64,000 bases of DNA from Bdellovibrionales bacterium (lineage in GTDB: Bacteria; Bdellovibrionota; Bdellovibrionia; Bdellovibrionales; Bdellovibrionaceae). The stretch covers positions 29,863 to 93,862 of the forward strand of contig JANMPT010000092.1 in the NCBI GenBank assembly GCA_031370005.1, in the 5' to 3' direction. How positions within the stretch are numbered: the first letter of the stretch is position 1; every line of letters begins with the position of its first letter. The position numbers and the translations under genes are program-made. The notes beneath the pieces were generated by a model. That model worked only from the letters and a program-made list of their open reading frames with translations. It did no database searches and had not been told where the DNA came from. Shown here piece by piece: positions 9,813 to 19,926 of the stretch.

Positions 9813-10385
9813 CTATCGACACTTGTGATGCCGGAAACAATCAACCGTATGATCATTTACCATGCCGACAGCCTGCATATAGGCATATATCACTGTCGAC
9901 CCTATAAATTTAAAGCCTCGCATTTTAAGATCCTTGCTAAAAATGTCTGACTCATGTGTTGTTGCTGGAATCTGTCTGTGGGATTTCCAACTATTGATTT
10001 TCGGTTTGTCATCTACGAACTGCCAGCAATAAGAGTCAAAACTGCCAAACTCCTGCTGGATTTTTATAAATTGCTTAGCGTTGCTGACTGTTGATTCAAT
10101 TTTAAGTCTGTTCCGTATAATGCCAGCATTGAGCATGAGCTTTTCAATTTTTTTTGAATTATATTTTGCAATCTTTTGCGGATCGAAATCACTAAATGCC
10201 TTCAGATAGCCTTCGCGCTTTTTTAAGACAGTGGACCAGCTCAGTCCAGCCTGTGCCCCCTCTAAGATAAGAAACTCAAAGTGCTTTTTATCGTCGTGAA
10301 CGGGAACACCCCATTCAGTGTCGTGATAGGCAATCATCAGCTGATCTGATCCGGCCCAAAGGCATCTTTTTTTGGATTTTGTCAT
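9813..10385 (-). CDS. tag: DNA-3-methyladenine glycosylase I
   Basis: RCLW, YHDTEWGVP, LEGAQAGLSW, IIRNRLKI, GFKFIGS and NDHTVDC. Confidence 0.95.
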   Translation of the reverse strand: MTKSKKRCLWAGSDQLMIAYHDTEWGVPVHDDKKHFEFLILEGAQAGLSWSTVLKKREGYLKAFSDFDPQKIAKYNSKKIEKLMLNAGIIRNRLKIESTVSNAKQFIKIQQEFGSFDSYCWQFVDDKPKINSWKSHRQIPATTHESDIFSKDLKMRGFKFIGSTVIYAYMQAVGMVNDHTVDCFRHHKCR

Positions 10386-10414
10386 GTCTTACTCCTTACC
10401 ATCTATGCGCTTCG

Positions 10415-12580
10415 TCAGCGTGGCTTTTGCGGGGCAGACCACAGAAAGATGTTATTATCTCCAGGTCGGGTTTGGTCTCCAATGAAAAGCACTGTGGATG
10501 AGTCGTTCAAAAATATTGCTTTCTGAATTGTCGCAGACGGATACACTGGAGTATCCACTTGATAAGAGGGAAGCCCATTGAGTGGAATATAAAGCAGTTG
10601 AGACATAGGAGTGTTAATACTCATGCCCCGAATGACTGCAAGTATGTTTTGATTGTCTGGCGATATTGACACGCTTATCTGGCTCAAAGACGTGATACTC
10701 AAAGGCACGGAATTTATTTTTTTGCAAAGATGCTCATTTGTTCCTGAATATATATTTAATAATTTGGTATTAGTGTCAAAGCCCGCCATTAAAAAGTCGT
10801 GGGGACTTCTTTCCTTGATAAATGACATTGCTATTCCCGGACATAGCTCAGTAATGCTGCCGTCACTAACTGAAATGGAAACTGCATTTTTGCTTGTTTT
10901 GGCAGAATTACTTCTCAATCCAACATACGCTGTTGAGTCGGCTGTGAAAAATACAGAGGCGTAGCTCTGATTTCCATCTCTTATAAGTTGGCCCGATCCC
11001 CACATTGAAGGGGGTAAGTTGGTCGTTGTCCCTGTTTTTAAATTGATCAACATCGAGGATACGCCATCTTGTTCATTGACTAGCACTCCATAAAGACCCG
11101 ATGGGCTTGTCGAGACCCAATCCCATCCAGCAGGAAGCTGCAATGACCAGGAACCATCCTCAGCGATGACATAATTTGCGGATGAACCATTTGTTATAGC
11201 CCAAACCGATAAAATACTTCCTGTATTTGGAGCGCATATTTTTGCAGTATAAGACCAATTTGCCGGCAGTAGGGGAGTGATTTCTGTGAGATCGGTCCCA
11301 TCAATATTATTACTGAAAATAGACCCACCATCAAAAAATGCGACTTTATTCGGTGTCACATCAAAGTTAGCTACCACAGTGCTTGTAACATTTGGGGCCA
11401 ATCCACGGATTAAACCGTCATTAATGCCAACTGAATAAAGTCCTACGCCGAACGGCGAAACTACTTGGGTCGTTCTGTTGTAGACGACATCGAGTCCGTC
11501 CTCAGAAATTTTAAAGACTCCTACATTACCATTGTCGAGGGAAATATGAGAGCTACCATCAGTGTTTATACTCATGAGCGGACTGGGCGAGATAAAGTCA
11601 TCGACATATATAAGCTTATTTGAATTTGGGGTGAATGTGAACCCGCTATTTGTCGATGTTAAGTTAGTACTCACTTTAAATTGATTGTTTCCATCTATGT
11701 TTGAAATATATAGATACTCAAGGGCATTATTCCCAGTTCCCGTCTTTGATGTATAGGAAAAGTGATTTACATCAGGAGAGTTTTTAAAAAATAAAACATT
11801 GAAATCAACGATTTGTTTTGCCGGCCAAATATTTGGATCCAAAGATCCTCCGAGACGACAATAGGTTTTTCTGGAAAGGTTCTTTCCATCGATTATGGCA
11901 CTGAGCTCACCAATAAAAAGTCCTACCTGTGGTGCCGGCCGATCTCTACGGACAATCAATTCAAAACCCTTCCCATCCCTAATGGTCACCGTTTTATTGG
12001 CCACAACCCGTGCAACAGTAAAATCGGGAATTACTTGATTGGTGAAATTTCCATCTGAAGCGGTCGTTGCATAGTAAGTTCTATTTACAGCTAAGTTTGA
12101 ATCGCGGTCAAAATGTACAATGTTTTCAATTCCCGTTTGATCTACTTTGTCCCGACACCAAACCTCGACAAGGTTAGTTGGAATTGAAGTTGGCGTACTG
12201 CGAGCACCCTCAAATATCCCTTCTTGATAGCCAATGATATCATTTTGATAGATGGATGAGTCAATCGCGCTACGATCGAGGCTTTGCGTAACAGCCCCGC
12301 AGGCAAGTTTTTTATTCTCAATTAAAGTAATCGACGTATCTGTGAAATTGATTTCCTTTACCGCTGCAACCTTGTTCTCACAGGTAAACCTTGGAGCAAA
12401 GCGATAGTACTGGTCTGACTGCATGCCGCCATATCCTGCGCCATTATTTGAGGAGGAGCTCGAGTTAGAAAATAATGTGGCCCGATTGCAATTTTGAAAC
12501 AACACGAATACAGAGAATATACAAAACGTTATTGCCAGATAACCAAAAAGCCGACCTTTAAGAAATTGTATGGCATTCAT
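10415..12580 (-). CDS. Large lipoprotein with TolB-like beta-propeller repeats
   Basis: Hydrophobic N-terminus ending FQNC, Ser-rich linker plus NGAGYGG, repeated (S/T)PD/N and NxDG motifs. ATGA overlap with the upstream gene. Confidence 0.65.
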   Translation of the reverse strand: MNAIQFLKGRLFGYLAITFCIFSVFVLFQNCNRATLFSNSSSSSNNGAGYGGMQSDQYYRFAPRFTCENKVAAVKEINFTDTSITLIENKKLACGAVTQSLDRSAIDSSIYQNDIIGYQEGIFEGARSTPTSIPTNLVEVWCRDKVDQTGIENIVHFDRDSNLAVNRTYYATTASDGNFTNQVIPDFTVARVVANKTVTIRDGKGFELIVRRDRPAPQVGLFIGELSAIIDGKNLSRKTYCRLGGSLDPNIWPAKQIVDFNVLFFKNSPDVNHFSYTSKTGTGNNALEYLYISNIDGNNQFKVSTNLTSTNSGFTFTPNSNKLIYVDDFISPSPLMSINTDGSSHISLDNGNVGVFKISEDGLDVVYNRTTQVVSPFGVGLYSVGINDGLIRGLAPNVTSTVVANFDVTPNKVAFFDGGSIFSNNIDGTDLTEITPLLPANWSYTAKICAPNTGSILSVWAITNGSSANYVIAEDGSWSLQLPAGWDWVSTSPSGLYGVLVNEQDGVSSMLINLKTGTTTNLPPSMWGSGQLIRDGNQSYASVFFTADSTAYVGLRSNSAKTSKNAVSISVSDGSITELCPGIAMSFIKERSPHDFLMAGFDTNTKLLNIYSGTNEHLCKKINSVPLSITSLSQISVSISPDNQNILAVIRGMSINTPMSQLLYIPLNGLPSYQVDTPVYPSATIQKAIFLNDSSTVLFIGDQTRPGDNNIFLWSAPQKPR

Positions 12581-14097
12581 GCAGTTGCCCTCTTTTTATT
12601 TCTGGGAATAAGAGCGTAGGTCGTTCCACGACCGCACCCTCTTTTTGTTACATAACCATTCTCAACGGCCTGGGTAATTAAGTTTAAAGCTGAGGCTCTG
12701 GAGATCTTCATTTTCTCTGAGACATTTTGTGCTGAAAAAGTTCGAGTACTAAAAAAGTAACGTAAATACGACAAATTTCCATCTTGCTTTGAAAGGGCTT
12801 TCGCACGTTGAACAAGAATACTTACCGGGGCATCGTCTAAAGGTATTAGGCAAAATTCACTTTTTTTCATTTTAACCCGAAGAGGAACATGCTGGTCTTC
12901 AAACCATTGATTAAGTCTCTTTATGAGCCCTAAGACTCGCTTTGGTGAGGAAAAAGGATCGAATTTTTCACCATTATAAATTTTTTGAAATATTAATCCA
13001 ATATGGCTGGGCTTGTAAAAATCCAATGTAAGAGTCTCAAAAAGAGCAAGCAGCAAAGGTTTGGCATGAAGGCCTTCATTTTCGTTTTGTATGTCATAGG
13101 GATTAAATACAAATGCCTTTGTAAAGCCTTGAGACTTACCAAGTTCGAGATGAAAATGCCCCTGTGACAAAATATTTTTACCAAAAAGGTGACGTGCTCG
13201 AGCGCGATAGCATTCAAACGGGGTTCCAATAATTACCTTTCGGAGGAGGTCCTCATTTTGAGTCAATATGGACTCAAAAAGATCGCACTCGCGAGCGGTT
13301 TCCCACTGGCCCGCGCCCTGAGACTTTTTGTTGAATGTTCTTAATTTTTCAAGTGATTCAGAATCTCTTAATTTGAAGGCCTCGCAAATTATTTTCCATT
13401 TCTCTGCAAATAGAAGAAATTCGCCGCCTTGTTTTTTGAGTAAATCAATTGCAGAATCTAATAAGGAAATTGCAGGATCGAAATTTTTATTAAAAAATTC
13501 AACTTGTGCCATTAGCTCATAACAATTGCCAAGTAATAGAAAATAATTATTTAGTAAACATTCGGACTTAATTTCCTGCAAAAGAGAGCTGGCCACATCA
13601 TATTTGCAATCAACAACAAATGCGGCGGCTAAATTTACTTTCCCAATAAGTCGTCGATAGGGTGTTAACTCACTTTGCGCTAAGAATTTTTCTAAGTACG
13701 GAATTGCTGCTGGATAGTTCCAAACTCTAAAGTGAACCAAGGATTTACGTAGCAATACTTCTGGCTCTTTCTGACTGTTTATTGATTCAAATATTGTAAT
13801 GGCCTCATCAGCGGCACCCAAATTACCAAGCGCGGTAGCATATATAAACTTCTCCCTATCCGTTGGAGAGCTTGCGAGTGCATTTTTGGGAAATACGATT
13901 CTGTTTAAAAGCTTGAGCGTCAGGATAGGTTCGCCTATTCGCCAGGCCAGTTCTGCTAACGGCCAAGCAAAATTTCTAGGGACTTGTTTAAGATAAAGCT
14001 TATTGGTCGCTCTTTTAACCTCATCATGATGGCCTTCGACAACGTGCCTTTCCAATTGATCTATGATTGGCGCCCAGTCTGTTGGCTTTTTTCCCAT
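12577..14097 (-). CDS. TPR-repeat protein with C-terminal winged-helix, putative regulator
   Basis: Helical TPR-like repeats; C-terminal FSAQNVSEKMKISRASALNLITQAVENGYVTKRGCGRGTTY is wHTH-like. Confidence 0.65.
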   Translation of the reverse strand: MGKKPTDWAPIIDQLERHVVEGHHDEVKRATNKLYLKQVPRNFAWPLAELAWRIGEPILTLKLLNRIVFPKNALASSPTDREKFIYATALGNLGAADEAITIFESINSQKEPEVLLRKSLVHFRVWNYPAAIPYLEKFLAQSELTPYRRLIGKVNLAAAFVVDCKYDVASSLLQEIKSECLLNNYFLLLGNCYELMAQVEFFNKNFDPAISLLDSAIDLLKKQGGEFLLFAEKWKIICEAFKLRDSESLEKLRTFNKKSQGAGQWETARECDLFESILTQNEDLLRKVIIGTPFECYRARARHLFGKNILSQGHFHLELGKSQGFTKAFVFNPYDIQNENEGLHAKPLLLALFETLTLDFYKPSHIGLIFQKIYNGEKFDPFSSPKRVLGLIKRLNQWFEDQHVPLRVKMKKSEFCLIPLDDAPVSILVQRAKALSKQDGNLSYLRYFFSTRTFSAQNVSEKMKISRASALNLITQAVENGYVTKRGCGRGTTYALIPRNKKRATA

Positions 14098-14104
14098 ATG
14101 AATC

Positions 14105-14131
14105 TTATCGGCGAACTGAGACTAATTCTTA
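14105..14131 (-). promoter_or_regulatory. Sigma28 (FliA)-type promoter
   Basis: Minus strand TAAG-N15-GCCGATAA, ending 7 nt before the ATG at 14097. Confidence 0.75.
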
Positions 14132-14331
14132 AGGATCGAGAACATCGACATAGGACTATAACTATGCGAAATCACATGTAAATATCGGATTACCAAACAA
14201 ATTATATTTTTAATCCGTGCTGCAGAGGTATCTTGTCGAAAACACAGGGCTTTTATCAGCTTCTGAACAATTTAAATGAGTCATTAAAGTTTCTGCCCTC
14301 CCTTATTCTGGATAAAGAAAAAGGAGGCCGT

Positions 14332-15252
14332 ATGTTTATTATTAAGCCGCTGCAATATTCATTACTAGTGGGCCAGAGCTGTTTAGTAAAGAACAAGCTC
14401 GAGAGAGTTCCGGAGCCTCATAGGATCACTAACCAAAAAAGTAATGTCAGTGACTATAACAAAGCTATGGATACAGTTATGGTTGTATTTTATACTTTCG
14501 TCCTTGATCTGATTCGTCGGATTGCTAAAAGCTCTAATCAGAGCAGTGCTCTTGATTTATGCTGCGGACCGGGACACATGACCCGTCTCATGGCAAAACA
14601 CTTAGAATTTAAACGTGTTGTAGGGGTTGATTTATCGGATCCAATGTTGGCCGTAGCCAGGGGAAATGCGGCGAGTGAAAATCTGACAGAGAAAATTAGA
14701 TATATAAAATCTGACGTTACCTCTTTAGTGGAATTAAATTCAGGCGAATTTGATTTGGTCACCTTCATGGATGGCGCCCACCACATGGCCACTCTGGCCG
14801 ATGTTCAAAAAATATTGACTGAGGCCGAACGAGTAGCAAAACCAAGTGGAACAATTATTTTAGTAGATCCGATACGGCCTAAATCAAAAAAAATATTAGA
14901 GCGCTATCACAGAGTTGGTGGCGCTTCTTATAAAGAACAAGGCCTTGAAAATTTATACTCTGACTTTTACGACTCGCTTTATGCTAGCTGGACGACTGAT
15001 GAGCTTAAAACTGTGACGCCTAGTCATTCGAAGCGTCGATGGCTTCAAATTGCTCCCTTTGGATTCTCCTCGTTTCAAATACTAGTGGGCCTGCCTGAGG
15101 GGCGAAATGAATTATTTGTTCAAGAGGGCTTGTCAAAGGCACTAACCACAAACATGATACCAAAAAAGTTTAGCGCAGATTGGCGTTTGCTAAAGTTCTC
15201 CTTTAGTCTAGCAAGCATCAAACAAATTTCGGAACCAAAAAGTCGGGCATAG
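14332..15252 (+). CDS. Class I SAM-dependent methyltransferase
   Basis: AAGGAGG RBS before ATG 14332; ALDLCCGPG, GVDLSDPML and FDLV...HH motifs. Confidence 0.88.
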   Translation: MFIIKPLQYSLLVGQSCLVKNKLERVPEPHRITNQKSNVSDYNKAMDTVMVVFYTFVLDLIRRIAKSSNQSSALDLCCGPGHMTRLMAKHLEFKRVVGVDLSDPMLAVARGNAASENLTEKIRYIKSDVTSLVELNSGEFDLVTFMDGAHHMATLADVQKILTEAERVAKPSGTIILVDPIRPKSKKILERYHRVGGASYKEQGLENLYSDFYDSLYASWTTDELKTVTPSHSKRRWLQIAPFGFSSFQILVGLPEGRNELFVQEGLSKALTTNMIPKKFSADWRLLKFSFSLASIKQISEPKSRA

Positions 15253-15345
15253 TGATGTATTCTTATAGCCAACGTTAAGGGCAAGTGGGAGATGAAATCT
15301 ATAATAATGGGTGAAAGTTTAGCCATTAATGTCTAAACTAATATT

Positions 15346-16815
15346 GTGAGGCCAATAGGGACGTTTTTATTTATAGTTTTGCAGTTATCTGTTCGTGTTT
15401 ACGCCACAGACGTTTGGATTCACGCTGTCGGCATCAACGAGACAAGGGTCCAGCAAAATTATGGCTCGTTTTATAAGAGCGCCCAGGACTTTGAAAATCA
15501 ATGTGCAAGTTCGAATAAGAAGCCAGAGTGTATTCTTTTTCTGAACAACAGTCCGAAGCTTCGAGCTTACGATGAGGCCAATTCTTTTAAGCTACCACAC
15601 AACCAGGGCAGCCCCACTGCCAAATCCCTAAAAAAATTAATCAGCGAGAAGTTAGAAAATGCTAAAAGTGGAGACACCCTTGTTATTAGTTTGCAGAACC
15701 ACGGGGCTCCAGTTTCAGGCCAGAGCCCAGCGTGCATTTGGTTGAGTGCCTCAGACTTCATTTGTGAAAACGATTTAAAAAATATTTTGTTAAAAAAGCC
15801 AGCGGGAGTAAAAGTCTTTATTAATGCCGATTCCTGTTTCTCAGGGGCTTTCGCAGAGCTGGCAACTTCCGAAATATGTACGGCATCGATGTCTGATCGG
15901 CTAAACTTTGGAAGGATGGGGCGCAGAAATTTATGGAATTCTGTTCTTGAACGCCATCCGCAAAATCTATCAGATTTATCGGAGCCAATTTTCAATGAGT
16001 CTGGTACAGAGCGATTGCTCGGGTCACAGCTAATGCTTCAGCAGCTTTGCCAAGGAGCTCGGAAAAAAAATGGCAGCAAATTATCGGTCTCAAATCTATC
16101 TTTCGTTGCAAATCTTCCGATATTGGATAATCCAAAGGACTGTCGCGATGTGGATCTTACTTCGGGAAAGTTGGCAGCTGTCGCCAAACAGGTGTTCTCT
16201 GTATTGGCGAAAAGTGCCCAGCCATGCGAGAGCTTAAATTTGCCGAAGCCGGTTTGCGATGCGAGCGGGCGAATCATGCGGTCTGACTCCAGTATTAAAA
16301 AAAACATACATGAACTTGAGATGATAGCGAATAAAGAAATGGAAATTGGCAGCTGGGTTGGTAAAAATGCTGCAGCTATTTCTATTAATGCCCGGAAGGT
16401 GAAAGAACAAATGAGGCATCTTTCAGCCGGTGAAATATATGAGTTGAGTGACAGTTTTGCACTTGGCCAAGAGCCACAATGGGGTAAGTTTTCGAAAAAA
16501 AACCTAAGTATTGCAAAAAACGTTTGGGATCAATCTAAAGGCTTTACTTATGCTATCCGAGATGCGAATCAACTTAAAAAACAAACGGACGCGATAATTA
16601 TAAAGTTGAAGAAAAGTAAAACATACGAGGACTTGCTTACAGTTCAAAATTGTTTGTTTGAAAATCAGCCAGAGACAATAGCGGGGCAAAAAAATAAAGA
16701 GGATGCTGAGACCCTTCAATATAGTCGAAGTATTGCGAATCAATTTCCCCAAAAAAAATTCACTATTAATGACTATGAGGACGCACGTAAATGCGAAGCA
16801 TCTATACGATTTTAA
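15346..16815 (+). CDS. Secreted clan CD cysteine peptidase-like protein (caspase/legumain fold)
   Basis: Signal peptide, LVISLQNHGAP (His-Gly) and FINADSCFSG (Cys) motifs, and a Cys-rich helical C-terminus. Confidence 0.7.
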   Translation: MRPIGTFLFIVLQLSVRVYATDVWIHAVGINETRVQQNYGSFYKSAQDFENQCASSNKKPECILFLNNSPKLRAYDEANSFKLPHNQGSPTAKSLKKLISEKLENAKSGDTLVISLQNHGAPVSGQSPACIWLSASDFICENDLKNILLKKPAGVKVFINADSCFSGAFAELATSEICTASMSDRLNFGRMGRRNLWNSVLERHPQNLSDLSEPIFNESGTERLLGSQLMLQQLCQGARKKNGSKLSVSNLSFVANLPILDNPKDCRDVDLTSGKLAAVAKQVFSVLAKSAQPCESLNLPKPVCDASGRIMRSDSSIKKNIHELEMIANKEMEIGSWVGKNAAAISINARKVKEQMRHLSAGEIYELSDSFALGQEPQWGKFSKKNLSIAKNVWDQSKGFTYAIRDANQLKKQTDAIIIKLKKSKTYEDLLTVQNCLFENQPETIAGQKNKEDAETLQYSRSIANQFPQKKFTINDYEDARKCEASIRF

Positions 16816-17168
16816 TTCTTGCGCCGATATTTTTTACTTTGAACGTCTTTGCGAAAAGCACTGTCTATCAAGCGCGAGGATTAATGAAAGACCACTGCTA
16901 TGATGAAATAGCCGCGTTGTCTTGCAAAACAGAATGCGTACTATCATTATTTCCATCGACACAGGCAGAGTTAAATTTAGCGGTTGGCCAAATTTCAAAA
17001 AAAAATAGAAATGCCATGGGTCACATTTTTCGAACTAAGTTTCATGTGCTAAATCTCGAGGGCGACAAGGTTGAAGTTCTCAGTTTAAAACATCAATCAT
17101 TAGAGACGCTAAAAAAAAGGATTAGCAGTTCTAGTGGTTTGGTGTTTGGCCGCCCTTGCTCTATTTAG
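16791..17168 (+). CDS. Hypothetical secreted protein
   Basis: Signal peptide ending VFA; overlaps the upstream gene end. Confidence 0.55.
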   Translation: MRSIYTILILAPIFFTLNVFAKSTVYQARGLMKDHCYDEIAALSCKTECVLSLFPSTQAELNLAVGQISKKNRNAMGHIFRTKFHVLNLEGDKVEVLSLKHQSLETLKKRISSSSGLVFGRPCSI

Positions 17169-17271
17169 GTCAGTGGATGGCTTTTTAAGTTGGCTTTTTT
17201 GTTTTTTCGATGCCAATGTTTATCAAATAAATATCAAACAGATAAGGCAACATCTGTAATAAGGTAAGATT

Positions 17272-18081
17272 ATGAAAAATGCATTAATATTGGGTTTCAT
17301 GTTTTGCGGATCTCTAAGCTGCTTTGCGGATGTTTTTTTACCGAAAGTAGCTTATCAAAATTTCAAATGCCAAAAAGAAGCCGAAAAAGTGCTCCGAGTT
17401 GTTTTTGCAGAAAATGAACCTAAATGGGAAAGGGTTGCTGATGCTGATTTTGAAACTCAGGCGTTTCGTGCGCCAACGTCTAAAACTGGCGAGTGGTATG
17501 AGTTTCACATCTCCGAAAATAATACTCCGGAATTGTTTTTTTACTCCTTAGCAAAAACCAGCACTTCCCAGTGGACTAAATCCTGCAAGCTACTTACCAA
17601 ACAGGGCCCGGGCTTCGAGTTTTTCAAAGCAGCTCCAGGAGATAAAGAAGCATCTTTTACGGATCAAGATTTGGCGAAGCTTATTCATAGCAAGAAAAAT
17701 GCAGTGATATACCTTTGGTCGCCACGAATGGTTTATTCTGTAACCGAGTTCGCACGCCTGCGTGCCGTAATTGAAAAAAGAAAGATGGAGTTCGTTCCTG
17801 TTCTCGACCCTATGGTTGAGACAGCAGAAGCCCGAGCGGCCATGAAAAAAGCGGGTGTTGAGCTGGGAGTTAAAATAGCAGCTTTGAGTCGCGAGCCCTC
17901 CTCTGTGAGTTTTTATAAAAGACTAAGCTCTGTTGATCTTTATATGAGAAATGGAACTCTTCACTTCCCGACAATGTTTGTGGTTTCTAAGGGTAAAATT
18001 CACCCACGAAGAATTGTAGGAATTCTGTCTGATGATGGTCTCAATAAATCTCTGGATGAATGGATGGCGGAAATCAAATGA
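17272..18081 (+). CDS. Secreted protein with C-terminal thioredoxin-like fold lacking CxxC
   Basis: Signal peptide; VIYLWSPRMVYS at the WCxxC position and HFPTMFVVSKGKI cis-Pro-like loop. Confidence 0.55.
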   Translation: MKNALILGFMFCGSLSCFADVFLPKVAYQNFKCQKEAEKVLRVVFAENEPKWERVADADFETQAFRAPTSKTGEWYEFHISENNTPELFFYSLAKTSTSQWTKSCKLLTKQGPGFEFFKAAPGDKEASFTDQDLAKLIHSKKNAVIYLWSPRMVYSVTEFARLRAVIEKRKMEFVPVLDPMVETAEARAAMKKAGVELGVKIAALSREPSSVSFYKRLSSVDLYMRNGTLHFPTMFVVSKGKIHPRRIVGILSDDGLNKSLDEWMAEIK

Positions 18082-19268
18082 AACAAACACTAGTTATTTT
18101 TATGTTCCTGTTAATAGCTAAGATTGGGTTAGCAAAATGTATTCCTGCAAACGAGTATATTCCATTTGTTGGCCAAGCATCAATACCTGACGAAACAGGC
18201 AATGTGCCCCTTGGAATGTACTCGCGAATTAGTCCGGATGGCCGCTTTGTGATGCGTTCTTTTTCTGGAGATAACTTAAGTGCCGTAACTTTGATGGAAA
18301 TTATAAAACTGGCCGATGGGACAAGGGGCGCAAGGGCCTATCAAACAGATTTTAACAATGAGGCCTTTCCTGTGCAGGGAACTTGGCGCTTCCTCGTTGA
18401 TCTCGATGGGTCACATTATCGCGTGGAGGATTTAGTAAGGAACCAAAAAAATGCCAAACGACAGTTTAGAGGCGGAATTTCCGGATTCTACACTGCTGCT
18501 GCCGAAGTGCCCGGCGCTATAGATCAAAAAATCATGATTCGTTCTTTATCATGGCCCAATACGGGTGGACAAGATGGGGATGATCCGCAAGGGGTTGGTC
18601 AGCTAACGAATGAACTTGTCACTGTGAAAAAAAATTCAGACGGCAGCTACGACAAAACGGATAGCCATGGTCCGTTCACTATGTGTGGGAATCTGCGCAG
18701 GACAGATGGTTGGCTTTTTTCTCTGCCAATGATATCAACTGATGGAGTCGAATTCTCGGCCTTGCCACAAAATCCAAAAGATGGACAAGTCACGATTCGA
18801 ATTTATCGTTTCGCGGCAAATAATAAGGACTGTGAGCCGGTGGACAATTTAAAGGTTCCGGCATCAAAAGCAATTTTTGGATTTCCGCAGAGCGGGGGGA
18901 AAGCTCCCGTGGTTTTTCTTTCAAGTAGCATTAGAGGGAACACTCCGGTTTATGGCATTCATCTTTATGATCGCAATCTTAAAAGAACCTTCTTCTTAGG
19001 AGATCCTTCGAAACTGATTCGTCCTGACTCTTTTCCAGGAATGACAAAAGATGGACGCATTATCTACGGAGCCAAATGGAAAGAGTGCAAGAATTGCAGT
19101 GACAAGACAGGTTATGTAATCACAGATTTTTACCAATCAGAGGATGTGAAAAAATTTAAAAGAAATTTCCCTGATCAAGCCAAGGCGCTGAAGGCATGCG
19201 TCACTGAAGAGGACGTAGCAAAAGTAAAGGCTGAACAGGACCTTATTTATGGACTTCTGCACAAATAA
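18078..19268 (+). CDS. Secreted beta-propeller-like hypothetical protein
   Basis: ATGA overlap with the upstream gene, signal peptide, and repeated ISPDG/ISTDG/MTKDG motifs. Confidence 0.6.
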   Translation: MKQTLVIFMFLLIAKIGLAKCIPANEYIPFVGQASIPDETGNVPLGMYSRISPDGRFVMRSFSGDNLSAVTLMEIIKLADGTRGARAYQTDFNNEAFPVQGTWRFLVDLDGSHYRVEDLVRNQKNAKRQFRGGISGFYTAAAEVPGAIDQKIMIRSLSWPNTGGQDGDDPQGVGQLTNELVTVKKNSDGSYDKTDSHGPFTMCGNLRRTDGWLFSLPMISTDGVEFSALPQNPKDGQVTIRIYRFAANNKDCEPVDNLKVPASKAIFGFPQSGGKAPVVFLSSSIRGNTPVYGIHLYDRNLKRTFFLGDPSKLIRPDSFPGMTKDGRIIYGAKWKECKNCSDKTGYVITDFYQSEDVKKFKRNFPDQAKALKACVTEEDVAKVKAEQDLIYGLLHK

Positions 19269-19533
19269 AGATCTTGTTCAAGCACACAAGCAATAGTTAA
19301 TTCTTTTTCTGGTAAAATTATTTTTAACAACACACATGATTTTTAACATAAACTGGACCTAATTTATTTATGTACGGTCGATTTATCAAGGAAACATGGA
19401 CTTAACTCATAGTGTTTTAAAATTACGATTAAATTATCACTGATAGGGTTTTATTGCTTAGAAAATAAGCGTAAACTTACAGTTGGTTGTTGGTTGTTAA
19501 CTAATGACGAACGCAAAACAGGGATGGTGGAAA

Positions 19534-19869
19534 ATGAAACAAATAAAAGCACTCTCAGACTTTTTAAAAGAAAAACGAACCCAAGTAGGACTCTCGCAGA
19601 AAGATGTAGCTGATAAGCTAGGATATAGTTCTGCCCAATTTATTTCTAATTGGGAGAGGGGCTTGTCAAGCCCACCGATGCATACATTAAAGAAGCTCGC
19701 GGAAATGTATAATGTAAATGTGGATGAAATGTTTGATGTGATCTTGGCGTCAACAATTGAGCAGGTCACGGTTGACTTACAGAAAAAATTCTATAGTCAC
19801 ACTCGCAAAGTCGCAGGTGGGGCTGCGGATGTAGATACGAGTCCAAGCAGCGGCGGGGTTGTGCGGTAG
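19534..19869 (+). CDS. XRE-family HTH transcriptional regulator
   Basis: LKEKRTQVGLSQKDVADKLGYSSAQFISNWERG. Confidence 0.9.
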   Translation: MKQIKALSDFLKEKRTQVGLSQKDVADKLGYSSAQFISNWERGLSSPPMHTLKKLAEMYNVNVDEMFDVILASTIEQVTVDLQKKFYSHTRKVAGGAADVDTSPSSGGVVR

Positions 19870-19887
19870 TCTTGAGTTAAGCGCAAT

Positions 19888-19924
19888 GCAAAAAAGAGCC
19901 ACCGATGTGGTGGCTCTTTTTTGC
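19888..19924. terminator. Bidirectional intrinsic terminator
   Basis: gcaaaaaagagccacc-gatgt-ggtggctcttttttgc perfect inverted repeat between convergent genes. Confidence 0.9.
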
Positions 19925-19926
19925 TC

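Noticed and set aside
5146..19268. Prophage
   Set aside because: No terminase, portal, capsid, tail or lysis genes are recognisable.
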